Shown piece after piece: positions 41,001 to 53,000 of a stretch of 64,000 nucleotides of DNA. The stretch is from the NCBI GenBank assembly GCA_036172245.1, contig JAYWIR010000014.1, positions 1,798,001 to 1,862,000 of the forward strand, given 5' to 3'. Position 1 is the stretch's first letter. Each line of letters opens with the position of its first letter. The stretch is from Raillietiella orientalis. Taxonomy: Eukaryota. The notes beneath the pieces were generated by a model. It was not told the origin of the DNA. It was given only the letters and a program-made list of their open reading frames with translations, and made no database searches. The translations under genes and the position numbers were made by a program.

Positions 41001-44000
41001 GGACGGCAGCAGCCTCTTCGCCGGAAGAGACATCTGAAGTCTTTTCCTCCACGGAGCGCTTCAGCTCGGGCAAAAAGGAGCAGCTCATCTCAACGGCCGA
41101 AGACACGCATCCTTGCCTTTCAAGGAGTGGATGCCGCCCGCACATCCCTCTCCCTCCCTCCCTACCGCGGACCCCAGCCACGAGGATCCGTTCCGTCTCC
41201 CGGCACCGTCTCCCAGCACTCGCCGCCGCTCCTAGACAGGACTCGTCGTGAGGTGCTCAAAGTCTCGCAGGCTGCTGCTTGGAGCGAGGGACCCAGGGAA
41301 GGCCCCACGCCGCAGATGCTTCCCACGCTTTCCTCTTTCCTCTGGTTCGGATGGGAGCGTTCTGCTTCCCCCGCCGCTGCTATTTATAGCCTCCAGAGCC
41401 GCAATGGCCCTCTGTTTATCCCTCCTCGCCTTTAGCAGGAGAGCATCCGGGACTAGTGCGGAGGGGTCCGCCCGCGTTCCTCCCGCGAGCGCACTCCGAC
41501 GCTGTCTGCGCTCTCCCCGCGACGAAACGACTGTTCGGGAGTCGGGAACTCCGAACATCTGTGTTGTGATAGAACTGCGAGGAGATTCCTCTCGCGCCGC
41601 TCACTCACTCCGCGCACCCCGCTCTCGGGAAACGCGATCCGGCGGTCCCCATTTTCTGCCGCCGCCAATGCCACCTTCCACGCCGCGAGGGGCTCCCACG
41701 CAGAGCCGTCACAGAGTCCTACTGTGGGTTCGAGGAGCGGGTGGGGCGGAGATGGAAGGAAGGAAGAGAGTCGGGTTGCTTTCTTTAGGAGCGCGGCCAC
41801 TCCCATCTTTTCGCGGGCCCCTACCCTCTGCGACGCTCCGCGGGTGGAAGAGCAGCCCCAGGAGCCGCCCGACGACGATCGCGGATCGCCTCCAGTGTGA
41901 GCGCTCGGAAGAATTCCAGCCGCGCCGATCCCAATCCTGCGACCAGCCCCCGCTTCCGGGATGATCGGCGGAGCATACTGAAAGCGGCTCGCGGAGCACC
42001 AGGTTCCGAGAGGCACGTGCGGAGAGTGAGGACGAGTTCTGGAGCGTCCGGCCAGGTTGCTCCTCATCCCCTCATCCAGACCGCTCGGAGGGGATGGAGG
42101 AGGGGGAGGGGGGCAGAAACGGAGCAATCAGGGCGACCGGAGGTGCTGACGAAGAGAAGACTTGCGTCCCCCCCCCCCCTCCTCGCGCTCAGCTGACCAT
42201 CTATTGAAGCGCCTACATCAACTGCTTCCCTCTTTCTGTTTAACATCCCTCCAGATCTGCCGCACTTCGATAGCACTACCCTGTTTCCCACGTTTCTGAC
42301 CTGGGAGAGGGGCAGGAAGGTGAGGGATGGCTGGCGTCTGCATTCGAGCCCGCCGGAGGCAGCTGAGGATGGCTCACTTCCTCCTGCACAGAAGAGCAAA
42401 CCTCGAATCCACGCAGAATCAGGGAGAAAGGGGGGGGGGGTCCACCATGCACGACCGTGAGCAGAGGAATCAAACCAGAGAAGTCACATCGATCCTCCTC
42501 CCCTCCCCAGTCACCCGGACACCATCGAGACTTTTCAGAACAAAAGGAAGAAGAAGATGCGAACGGATGATGCGTCCCGTGTGAACGGTCCGTCCGGGAT
42601 ACGCCCTCCTGTGAAGTGCAGGTCCTGTGCTAATTCCATGGCACGCGTCCCGCAGTCAAGAAAAAACGTCTGCTGATGAACCCAGCTACCGTGAAGGGTC
42701 ACCGAGCGGCAGAGCCGCCTGTGTTCAAATGGGGCTTGGGAGAGGGGGGGGGAGGGGGGCAGCGCGCGGACTCTAGGCAGAGATGCTCCTGCTTCTGGAA
42801 GCGATCTCTTCAGGCTGCCTCTGGGAAGGTTCAAGAGATCGACTGCCTGTGTAACACGCAGATGTGCACATCCTCCACTTTTCGAAATTGAGGTTTCTCT
42901 TCTAAATTAAGAAAACTTCATAAACACGCCCGCCCGCACCTGCGTGCCAACTCGCGGCGGCAGGCTGCTGCAGCTATTCATTCCCAGCGCGGAAGAGATG
43001 GGGAGGAGGGGGGCGGCGGAGGAACTACGGGAGTATGCGCAAGGGGACCTTGGAGAGCCTAGCGAGCGGAAGACCCCACTCCTACCAGCTGCCCTTATCG
43101 AGCGGTGTGCTCGGCAGCTCGCAGCCTGTGCAACCTGAGGAGGCAAGGGAAATTCCCTCCCGCGGAATCCGTCCGAATCTCCGATCTCGCAGGACGAGGA
43201 AAAAATACCTCGACTGGGTCGGCTCTTCCAGCTACCGCACACTTCCGGTCACACGCTCCCTCGCGCCTTCGGCCCCTCAAGCCTTCCTGCTTCACCCGAT
43301 TCGACGGCACGACCTCCGTGAGCATCCCTTTGGTCTCCATCGCGGGAGGAGGACGGCAACGACCCCCCCCCCCCTTCCCTTACTCTACCGCTACTCTTCT
43401 CTTGGAGAAGTACCTGACCACGTGGTGACAAGAGTCAGGAGGCGATGTACGAAGAGGAGCGGCGCACCTAACCTCACTTCAGTGATGGAACGAGGATTGC
43501 CGTGCCGGTGGGAAGCAGCTACCGACTGCCCTTGACCTAAGCGGCACAGGTGACGTCCCCATGGAAGGTTCATCCTTGTGCTCGCCTGAACAAGGAAACC
43601 AAAAAAAAAAAGGATCTCCACAGAAGTGTGGCGTGGACGAAGAACGCTCTCTAGAAACCGAACGTCCTACCGAATGGTGATGAGCTGATGAGGGTCGCTT
43701 GCAAAACGGCAGTCCTACTGGAAACGCACGTTACCGTAGAAACCTGCGCGCGTCCTCACATAGGGAATTTCGGCGGACTGTCGAGAGACAGTGACGTTGG
43801 GACAATCGACTGCCTACGGGAAGAGGAGGAGGAGGAAGGATTGATTCCCTCCACTCCTAAAGAGGACGACTTCCCCACCAATCGCCCCTCTCATTTCTCG
43901 GTTTCCTTGGTTATCCCGCGGTCTCTGCACGTGCCATTCATCTCGGAGCATCAGCATGGTCTCTTTGCAAATCACCAATTCGGGTCCGAAAAGACGAAGA

Positions 44001-47000
44001 GCTCCTGTAGCGTTCACCTGCAGGTGAACGCTACAGGAGCCTTCCCAGGGAATCGCGGCCCAGTTTCCTCGCTGAGCAGAGAGAGAGTTTTCCGATTCTC
44101 CACACCAGTGGCGACAGCAGCAGCTCCATGGATCACGAGCTCTCGCTGCCAGACGAAGAGTCGTCTTCCTTGGCAGTCGTCGGCCGGGTGCTGCTCGCAT
44201 CCCGAGGATTCTTTTCAACAGCTTCGCTGAAGGACGCTGACGCTCATCGTCATCGTAAGCACATCCGTTGCTATGTGCAATCATTATCGCTGTCGGTGAC
44301 AGCTCCAGGAAATCTGCTGCTTCCCACCACTGCCAAGAGCAATTGCAAAAATTGATCCAGGGGTTCAGTACCGGGAACCCGACTGAAGCTCATGCTATTC
44401 CTTCTGGATTTTCTGAGCTAACGGATAATGGAGAATGATATTGAAGAATAAAGTGACTTTCACCCCAGAGCATCGTCGTCTTGCTTTTTTTTTTTTTTTT
44501 TTTTTTTACCATACTAAGGAACGCCTTGCACATCTTAAAGATGAGTGCAGATAAGCATCGCAGCTAGATGCCGACTGATCAAGATACCTCAGCAAGATAT
44601 CAGGATTCTAAACCATTCTTCGACTCATTTAGATCATCGCAGATATCATGTGGCTAAAATCGATACAGAGCCTCTGCCAGTGCAGATGAGCATCGTCCTA
44701 GCTGGTGGGAAGCGGTCCAGCAAGACCCCTGAAAGCAATCAGAGTTCTTCGGCAGCTTCGTTCACCGCCTGCGAAGGCCGGCAAGCTGACCGAAAAAAGC
44801 TCGACGGTTGACAGAGGGATGGAAACCGGGTTCCTCCTCGCTCCGCAGCTTTTCAGACTCCACCTCTCTAGCCCGACGGAACCGGAAGAACCTCGTGGTC
44901 GTAGACAAAGAGCGGACAGGGAAAACGATCCGAAGGCAAATCCCTAGAGCTCTCTGGATGAACCAGTCGCCTCCACCGGCACCACGGATGATCGGCAGGC
45001 ACACTGCAAGTGGTCCCGGAAGCGAGCGGCAGCGCGTCGAAGCGGATCGAACCAACTGTATGTCTCCCTTCAGGGGCCTCTGAGGCGCCTTCGGGTGCTC
45101 TGTGTACCCATCGAGCAAGCGAGTGACGAACACGCTGCCGGTTCCTGTCCTCCTGTCGCTTCGAGTGAATGTTTCAGGCTTGGCAGGAGGCGGGAAAAAG
45201 TGGGCAACAATGGAAAGGAGGGGAAGAAAAGACGCAGATGAGGTCTTTTCCGAAAAAGGTGAGCGAAAAAGCGAAACAGACAAGAGAAGCTTACGGCAGA
45301 GCCAAGGATGGCGAGCCGGCCTGCTCAGCGCAAGGAAAGCGCTGACCATGGTCGCCCGAGCCAAAAAGAAAAAAAAAATCACAGGTTTTTCTTTCTTTTT
45401 TCCGTCTTTCGTTTTCAGAGTGTCGCTGTCTTCTGTACGAGAGCATTCGAATGACTCGCATGAGAGAGACACGGGACACGGTAGGTCACGTCGTGGCGGA
45501 GGGTGAAGTGTCCGATCCAGGCAGTGTCCCTGATGAGTTCGCTTTCCACGTGCAAGAGCAACGAGAGAGATGGGAAGCTAAAAAAGAAAACTAGGACCCG
45601 CCTCAACGTATATTCCCTTCCGTTATCGAAAGCTCTTCCCCCTCCCCCCTTTCCAGTCTGAGGCTCCTGAAATCCTACTCCATCCCTACGCGAGCGTTTC
45701 AACCAGCTAGAGGTGCCGAGTGCAAAAACCAACAACTACGTATTTCATCCGCAGCTTCGTGCGGAACCGCTGCCCTGACCAACTGTGCCAGGAAACTGAA
45801 TAGCTGCAACGCTTCGACTCCAGCCGGAATCCATCCAGTGGTTTAGGGAAAACAAGATGAATGCGACACAGCTCAGCTATCAGTAGAGAGGATACCCACA
45901 TGAACGGAAGGGGAGGAAGAGGCGCGTGTTCGTTCTCTCGTGATAAGGGATGCTCGCAGACCTATGAGGTGGAGCAACTCCGAAGAGCGTGCAAGTGAAG
46001 CTTCCAGGCATCATCGTGCCTGCTGTTTTTGCTGCTTTGTTTTTTTTTTCTTTTTTCTTTCTGTCTGACGGGATGCGATCCTGTTGGACGCTTCTCAGCA
46101 CACTCTCTGCGTAGTCTCTCGGAGCTCTCTTCCTTCCTCCTCCCGGTCAGAACGACCCTGCTTCCGGCTTCTGCCACCAGGAAGGCTCAATCAATGTGAA
46201 TTTCGACGCGTGTCAGCGGCTGACCTGCGCTGATGATGATGGATGCTCGACGTCGGTTGCTTCCGCAGAATGCAAGCGAAGCCCTGCGCTGCTCGCATCC
46301 ATCGGAAGTCCCGCATGCGGAACCGGTGAGGATGCTCTCTTCGTCTCCATCCGGGAATTCAAAGAACCTCCGAATTCTCTTACATTCGAAGGGAAGGCAG
46401 CAGGGAGCCCTCGGTACTCGAGTCTCATCAATGATTCAAGAGGCTGTTCGTCTTTCTAGACGATCCTGTCAGTTCGACGTCCGGTCCGACAACAAGTTCC
46501 TGCGACCGTGGGCAGCTAGGAAGAGCCTCCTGATAGGAACTCTCAGATTCCATTTTTCTCAACTTTCTGTTTTTTTTCCCCGCCCGGATAAAGGTCAGGG
46601 TATGAATAATTCGTATGTATCTTCACCTCCTCGCGCTCCTGAAGTCGTCGAGGGTCTCACGGGAACAGCGTCGGCTCGGATGAATGTCAACCTGCAGCAG
46701 CTCAGCATACCAAATTCAAGAGGATGCAAGAAAAGCTTAAGACATGCGCGAAAAAACACACACATGCACAAAGAAGAACCTCTTTCTTCGTCTCTTTCCT
46801 CTTTTCCCACTTGGTGTAACTCAGATACATCGTTCCGAAAGGTGAAAGTTGAATTTCGAAGTCCCTTCCACAGACAGCACGCCACAGTGGATGCCCTGCC
46901 GCGACTCCCCAGCACGAGACCCCTTTGTTTGCACGCAGTACCGCTATTAGTCAGATCCTAAAATGACCTTCGGTTGTCTCACATCAGGAAGGGTGAAAAC

Positions 47001-50000
47001 GGATCGCGTGCACTTCACCCCCCCTCCCCGCCCCCTTTCTCCTTCTCGACCTCCTAGTGACGCTGAGTGCTTCGGCCCAGTCACCCTAGTTTTTCATTCT
47101 TTCTACCACTTCTTCGTGGTCATCATTTTCTTAGTGCACCGAGTTCAACTCTTCCAGGAAAAATAAAAATAAAAAGAGGGAGCGCGAGTGGGGCCCCATT
47201 CGAACCGTCCATGCAAACGCTTTCCTCGAGGTTGTTGCATGTCGTAGTCTCTAGAATGACCCGACGATGTTCACATTCGTCATAGACAACGGGCAGGAGC
47301 AGTGCTATTGTTCCTTTTGATTTCAACCGGAGGGCTTGACTAGGAGACGAAGCAAGCGGTGCTGCGAGGTCAGAGGCTCCAGAGAAAGATGGTGGGTGGG
47401 TATTTAAAAGCGTTCCGCTGAAGCAGATGCTTCCGTGTCGCGACGGTAGCCAAATGCATTGAGCACGGAGCTGGAACTTCCTGCTTGGAGCATCTGTCGT
47501 GTCAAGCAGCCAGCTATGGCATAACAGAGCATCTGACTGGTGCGGATGAGATGTGCGGATTCTGGGAAGAATTCGCACGGCAATAGCCTCGTTAGCTTTC
47601 CCTACAATAAAACCGTTGCCACGGGAAACGTGGCTCATGCGGCGTTTCCCAAAAGGAGTTCATCGCCTTCCGCGGGGGGAAATTACGAAGGACAGTTCCC
47701 AACATTGGAAAAAATCGTGTCTTCATTCTCAAGCATTGGCTACAGTGGTCAGGGTACAGTTTGACTAGGGAGCGGGTTGGAATCACTTTGGCATGGGACG
47801 CGGCGCACGGTATCGCCCTATAAATGTCTTGGAGAGGCCTACAAGCCAGAGCATTCGATATTGGAGCTCTGGGAACTTGGTACCCACGAAGCGATGGCGC
47901 CCTACGTGACTCAGGTATCCCACGACCGTGTGCAAAGATGATTGCCTCATGTATCCGCTGCATTCGTGACATTTACTGGGCACATAGACTGCGACATGCA
48001 TCCGATGACTTCCCTAGCCTCAGAGGATATCTACAAGAAGTTGCGATGAATGGGCAGCAATCAAAAGACGGATCAGGACAAGCCATCGAACTGCGAAACG
48101 GCCATTAATGAGAACTCACGCCAAATGTCCTCCTGCAGAATGAATGAAGCAACCCGTCCGTGGAATATCTGCCTCCGAGGACCATTCGAATTTCGTATGT
48201 ACAGGAATGTTCAAAACGGGGGTGTAAACGCATATGAAGAGGAGGTTGCCATTTTCCTCATCTTCTTTCCATACTCTCTTATCCTCGACTCCTTCCGTGA
48301 TTTTAAGAGGTGCTTCCGTCACGGGCAGTGGTCACCATCCCATGCTTCCGGTAGACGTCCCGAAAATACGTTTCTTGCAATCACGCCATTTCCTTTCTGA
48401 TGCACTCGGTTTACTTCTTGGAAATTGGAATTCCTTCAACAGTTCATCACTTCTCGGATCTCATAGATCCCACGGGAATGGTTCTTACGGAAGCAACCAC
48501 TCCCTTTAGGAAGAAGTGTGAGATCAACCCATGGGAATACAGGGTCAAATCTGTTCTCGACACCTGAAGATGCGTGTAACTCTTCACGTTAGGGTGGTCA
48601 TTCATAGGGTGGTCCCTATGAATCCGGTGGAATAAGGTCGTTCCTCTTAAGCTTGGTAGGGAAGCCCGAAGAGAACCTCTTCCTTATTCTCTCCGGAAGA
48701 ACCTGCGGAGGGGTCCACTCCTCATTTTTTCTCCCGGAAAGGATCCGTCCTTGTTTCCTCCTCCGAAGAGAACCCCGAAGAAACGCTTCCCAATTTCTCT
48801 GAAGGGCGCACTCCGAGAGGAGCAGCGAGCTTCTGACACTCTGGAGGGACAACCCTCCGAAGGGGATATCAACCACTTCCAGGAACCGACTCCTTGATTC
48901 CTGGAAGGACCACGGACGTTCAACTTCCAATCCCGGCCAATCAACGTGGGCATCTGGGGGTTTCCGGCTGCTTCCACCAGTACCGTGCCCAAAGCCCGTA
49001 AACTAACCAGCGTCATCCTGCAGGGAAGGGGGGGGGGGGGAATCGAAACCTATGACGCACCCATTTCTCGGCGTCCATCCTTTCCTCGGGTGGGATTCGA
49101 ACCCCTCAACGCTCGGTGCCATGCGCGAAGACCACAGCCACACAGCCCCGAATGCGGGCCTTTTTTTTTTCTCATTACCTCTTCCATACTCGTTAGTGAA
49201 TGCTTGTAAGAATAAGTGGCTTCCAGTATGACTTCATCCGCTTTTCCCTCAAAGATTACGTGATTGGAGAATGCCAACTCTCAATGTCTAAGGATGGTCT
49301 TTTCAGTTTGGTTCACCAGCATGGTCAGTCACATGGAGCTTCTCCTCAGTCCTTGACGTGCACCTTTGTCAAGGATATGACCTATTGTGGCCTCTGTGTT
49401 TGTGCGGATCAGTCAAGAAAGCGATCCGCTACCGCACGTTTCTGCGCCCAAACGCTTCGGTCTTCACTTGTTGAATGGCAAAAGTTCCTGAGAAATGGTT
49501 CAAACACAAAAGGGCCTACGAAATTCGAGTGCTTCTCCGACAAGGACTTTCCCTGATGAGAGATTCCTGCTTCTGAAAAGGAGGAAAGAAGAGATCCAAG
49601 CTGCAGTAGTCGAGAAATTTGGGCAAAGACTGCCTCAGACAGCCTTAGACAGAACTTAGGACATCGACTCCAACTGCAGGCACCTTTGGAGTGATGCTTA
49701 ATCAGTTTTCTCGTTCCCTGATGATGGCAATAACGACGACGAGTGATCCAGAACAACGCATTCGAGAGTAGATCAACTTGTTCGACCTTGCAACAACCAG
49801 GACCTGAAGATGCCCGGGAGTCTCCAGCTAAAGAGCGTTGCTTAGCGAATTTGCAAAGGGTTCGACGCGTGCGATAAAAAGGCAGGTTGCAACTCCGGGG
49901 CGACCGTGGTCTCTCGGGCAACCAGATCGAATTTTTGCGTGCCCGTCTGCCCTCGGTCTTATCACCCGCGAGTAACAGATCCCCTTCTTAGAGGCAGTCA

Positions 50001-53000
50001 TCAACCTAACGAGAGACAAAAAGGATCCGCAGCAGTGCCTCCCCGCAGGAAAAGAACTTGGATGACCCTTTGCGAGGAGTTTTTGACTTCTCCCACTGCT
50101 GATACAATCACGCCATACTCCGGAGATCGTTCGAGGAGCCGTCTCCAGAAACACTGGAGTTTGAGCTCTGGAGTGCGACCTGACCCTCACAAGCGCAAGA
50201 TCAGTGCTTTCCTGGCCAGAGCAGAGTTCTCAGAGCAATATTTTGGAGGGCGTTCTACTTGTTCCGGAAGAGGAATCATCGCCCATTTCCCTTGGAGCTG
50301 GGTTCAGAGTAGCCGCCGTCGCACAGCTCAGTCGCGATCGCCATGGAGAAAACAAAGATAAAGACGCTCCAGCTCGAATTGAAGTCTGCGGGCAGTCGAA
50401 ACTGCGTGGCGTTGGGTCCAGGGCCCGTCTCCCCATGCTGCTTTAGATCCTGGGAGAGGCTCCGGTCTGCATCGCCGGTGCGTGAGGCAGGAGAACTCGC
50501 GGGATGGTCGAATGACGGAATGAGGAGGGTCGCGTTCTTCGAGAGAGCGAGAAAGGAAACTAAAGGGGTGGCGGTGGGAGGAAAGAGGATGGATGAAAGA
50601 CCTCTCCAACGTCGCTTCAGGAGCTGCGGCGAGCTCCGTCAGCGTCCTGCGGCGAGAGCGAGGGAACTTGCAGGGAAGGCATGAAGGGCGTCGAGCTGTC
50701 TGCGGACGGGAATTTCGCGTGGCGCGCGCGGGAGAGGGAAAGAGGAAAAGTCTTCACTCTCCAGCTCCATCTCCTTAGACGGAGGCAGGGAAAGCTGCCC
50801 ACAGTGGCGATCAGGGAAGAGCTGCTCCCAAGGGAATTTCGTTCTGTCTTTCCCTTCTCGTATTCCCCCTTCCCTTCAATCCCCGGCTCTTTTTGCCTGC
50901 TTCGCGGCTAGAGGCGAGGGCATAGCGCCTGAGAGACCGCAGAGGAACTTTGTCGTCTCTGCGACGCGTGAGCAGCTGCAGGAGCACCGCCAGATTGCGC
51001 GAGTGTGCAGACCACTGGGATGCAATCCGCGCTCCAGCCCAGTCTGACCGAACCACGCGAGCCAGCAAACCCCGATCTCGGGTGATGCAGGGAGACTCCA
51101 CACGCCAGCATGGGCAACGGGCGGAAGGAGCAGTGGCCACCAATAGGGGGATACCCTCTCCCTTCCCCCCGGTGCAGCCTTCCCGAGGGGCTGCAAGTCA
51201 GCGTGCAGGGGATGGAAGCCGCACCGACGCGCCCCTAGCGAGGAAGGGAAAGAAGCAGAGAAGAAAGGCGCGGAAGAGGAGTGTGCACCTACCAAGCAGT
51301 CGCTCTCCCCGACGTAGCACAGATCACCTGTGCGTGAGGTCGTGACCCACAGGTGGTCGCCGTTGCAAGCATTTTCGGACCAGTCCGGCAGGTTGCTGAG
51401 GGTTCTCACCTTCCCGTTCTCGTCCGTGATCTGCACGATTTCTCCGCTATTGGCCTTCCTGAACAGAGGAAGAAAAAGACTTTTAGTGAGAAGCAAGCGC
51501 CGATCCCCAAGAGCGGTTCCTTGCGACCCCATTCTCGTCCTCCTCTTCCTCCTCCCCCCTCTTGATGCGTCTCTCTCGCGCGTCGTCCAAGAGAAAATCA
51601 TTCCATGACTCAGGGGTGCCGTGCCAAGGATCTCCTCCTTCCCCACGATCCACGTTGGACCAGCCGGGATGTCGCCCCCCTTGACCTCCGCAACGTCAAA
51701 CACTGCGGAGAGACGGTGAGCGTAAAAAGCAAGACCCAAGACGGGCGGCTAGCCGCACGGGGAGCGGCCAAACCACGAGCATCCCCTACTCGGAGAAGAA
51801 GCCTTCTTCCGTCGCCAAGAAACCGGAGGCCGACCGCAGAATATCGCCCCACAGGACGCGTCTTTTTTTTCTTTTTTTTTTGCGGCACTTTGCTGAGATC
51901 CCTGGGAAGAAAGGGGAGAGAAGGAGGCTGAGGGAGGATCGCGTGGCAGGAAGAGGCGTGTAGCAGACCCTCTCTTTTTCCGCCCCCCTGCGTCCTAAAA
52001 ATTCTCCAGGAAGCGGTGAAGGAGAGAGGGGGGGAGTTGTCTCGATCGCCGCCGCGAGAGAACGCGGGAAAAAGAAACTGCATCCTGCCCTTCCTCTCCA
52101 TTATTGGAGGACCTTTTTCCTTCACCCGTGGCTCCTTTCCGGGATTTCTGGAGGTGTGCTGCACCGGAAACCCCGAAGTGCTTCAAGCAACCCTCGAGGG
52201 AACGCGTCATCCCTGCTTTTACCGTCAGGTTCGACCGCAGCAAGGAGGGAGAGGAGGGGGATGGTGAAGATGTGGAGGAAGATGCCATGGGTCCGGAGAT
52301 GCGTTCTCTCCCGGAGGACTACAGAGGGTTCGGGACGCACGGCGGTGGTCGGTTGCCTCTCCTCCTACGGGACCAGTGCCAGCGAGTGGGAGAAACGGTG
52401 AAGGGCGGTGCTTCCTAACAACCGGTGCCAGGGCACTCCCGAACTCGCATGCTTGGTGTTACTCCAGCAGCGGTGGAGACGGGTGGGAGAAGTCCCGCGG
52501 CGCAGGAGTCGCGGCTAGAGCCGGAGCGGACTGCCGGACAACCCTGCAGACAGGTTCGTCTCCAGTCCCCTCGCCTCCTCCTCCCCTTCCTGCGTGCCTG
52601 CGAGCTCCCGGGAGAGACGGGGATAGGCGCGCGCTCCCGTGCTTCCGGAACCATCTCCGTTCCTTCGTCCACCGAAGGAGGGATCGCCGTCAGGGCGGCT
52701 GGCGTCACCTCACGATCGGCTTCCCAAGCCCCAAGCCGGCTTGGGAAGCATCCGACAGGCGGCCCCCGCGAGCCCTGCTCGGAAGATCGTCCTCTCTTCC
52801 TTTTTTCCTCCTTTCCTTCTTCCTTTCTGTTTTTTTCTTTCTTTCCTTTTTTCTTTTATTTTTTTTTCCTTTGAGCTCTTGGCGTAGGAGGAGCGGGAGC
52901 GCAAAGAGAGGGAAAAAACGAGGGACTTCCGGCGGGGCGGGAAGCGAGGAGACTATAAATAGCAGCGAGGAACTAGGATCTACAGGGAGGTGGCTCCTTT

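Noticed and set aside
40068..41964. Long overlapping ORFs (321, 226 and 238 aa)
   Set aside because: Arg/Pro/Ser-rich with no motifs; likely spurious.
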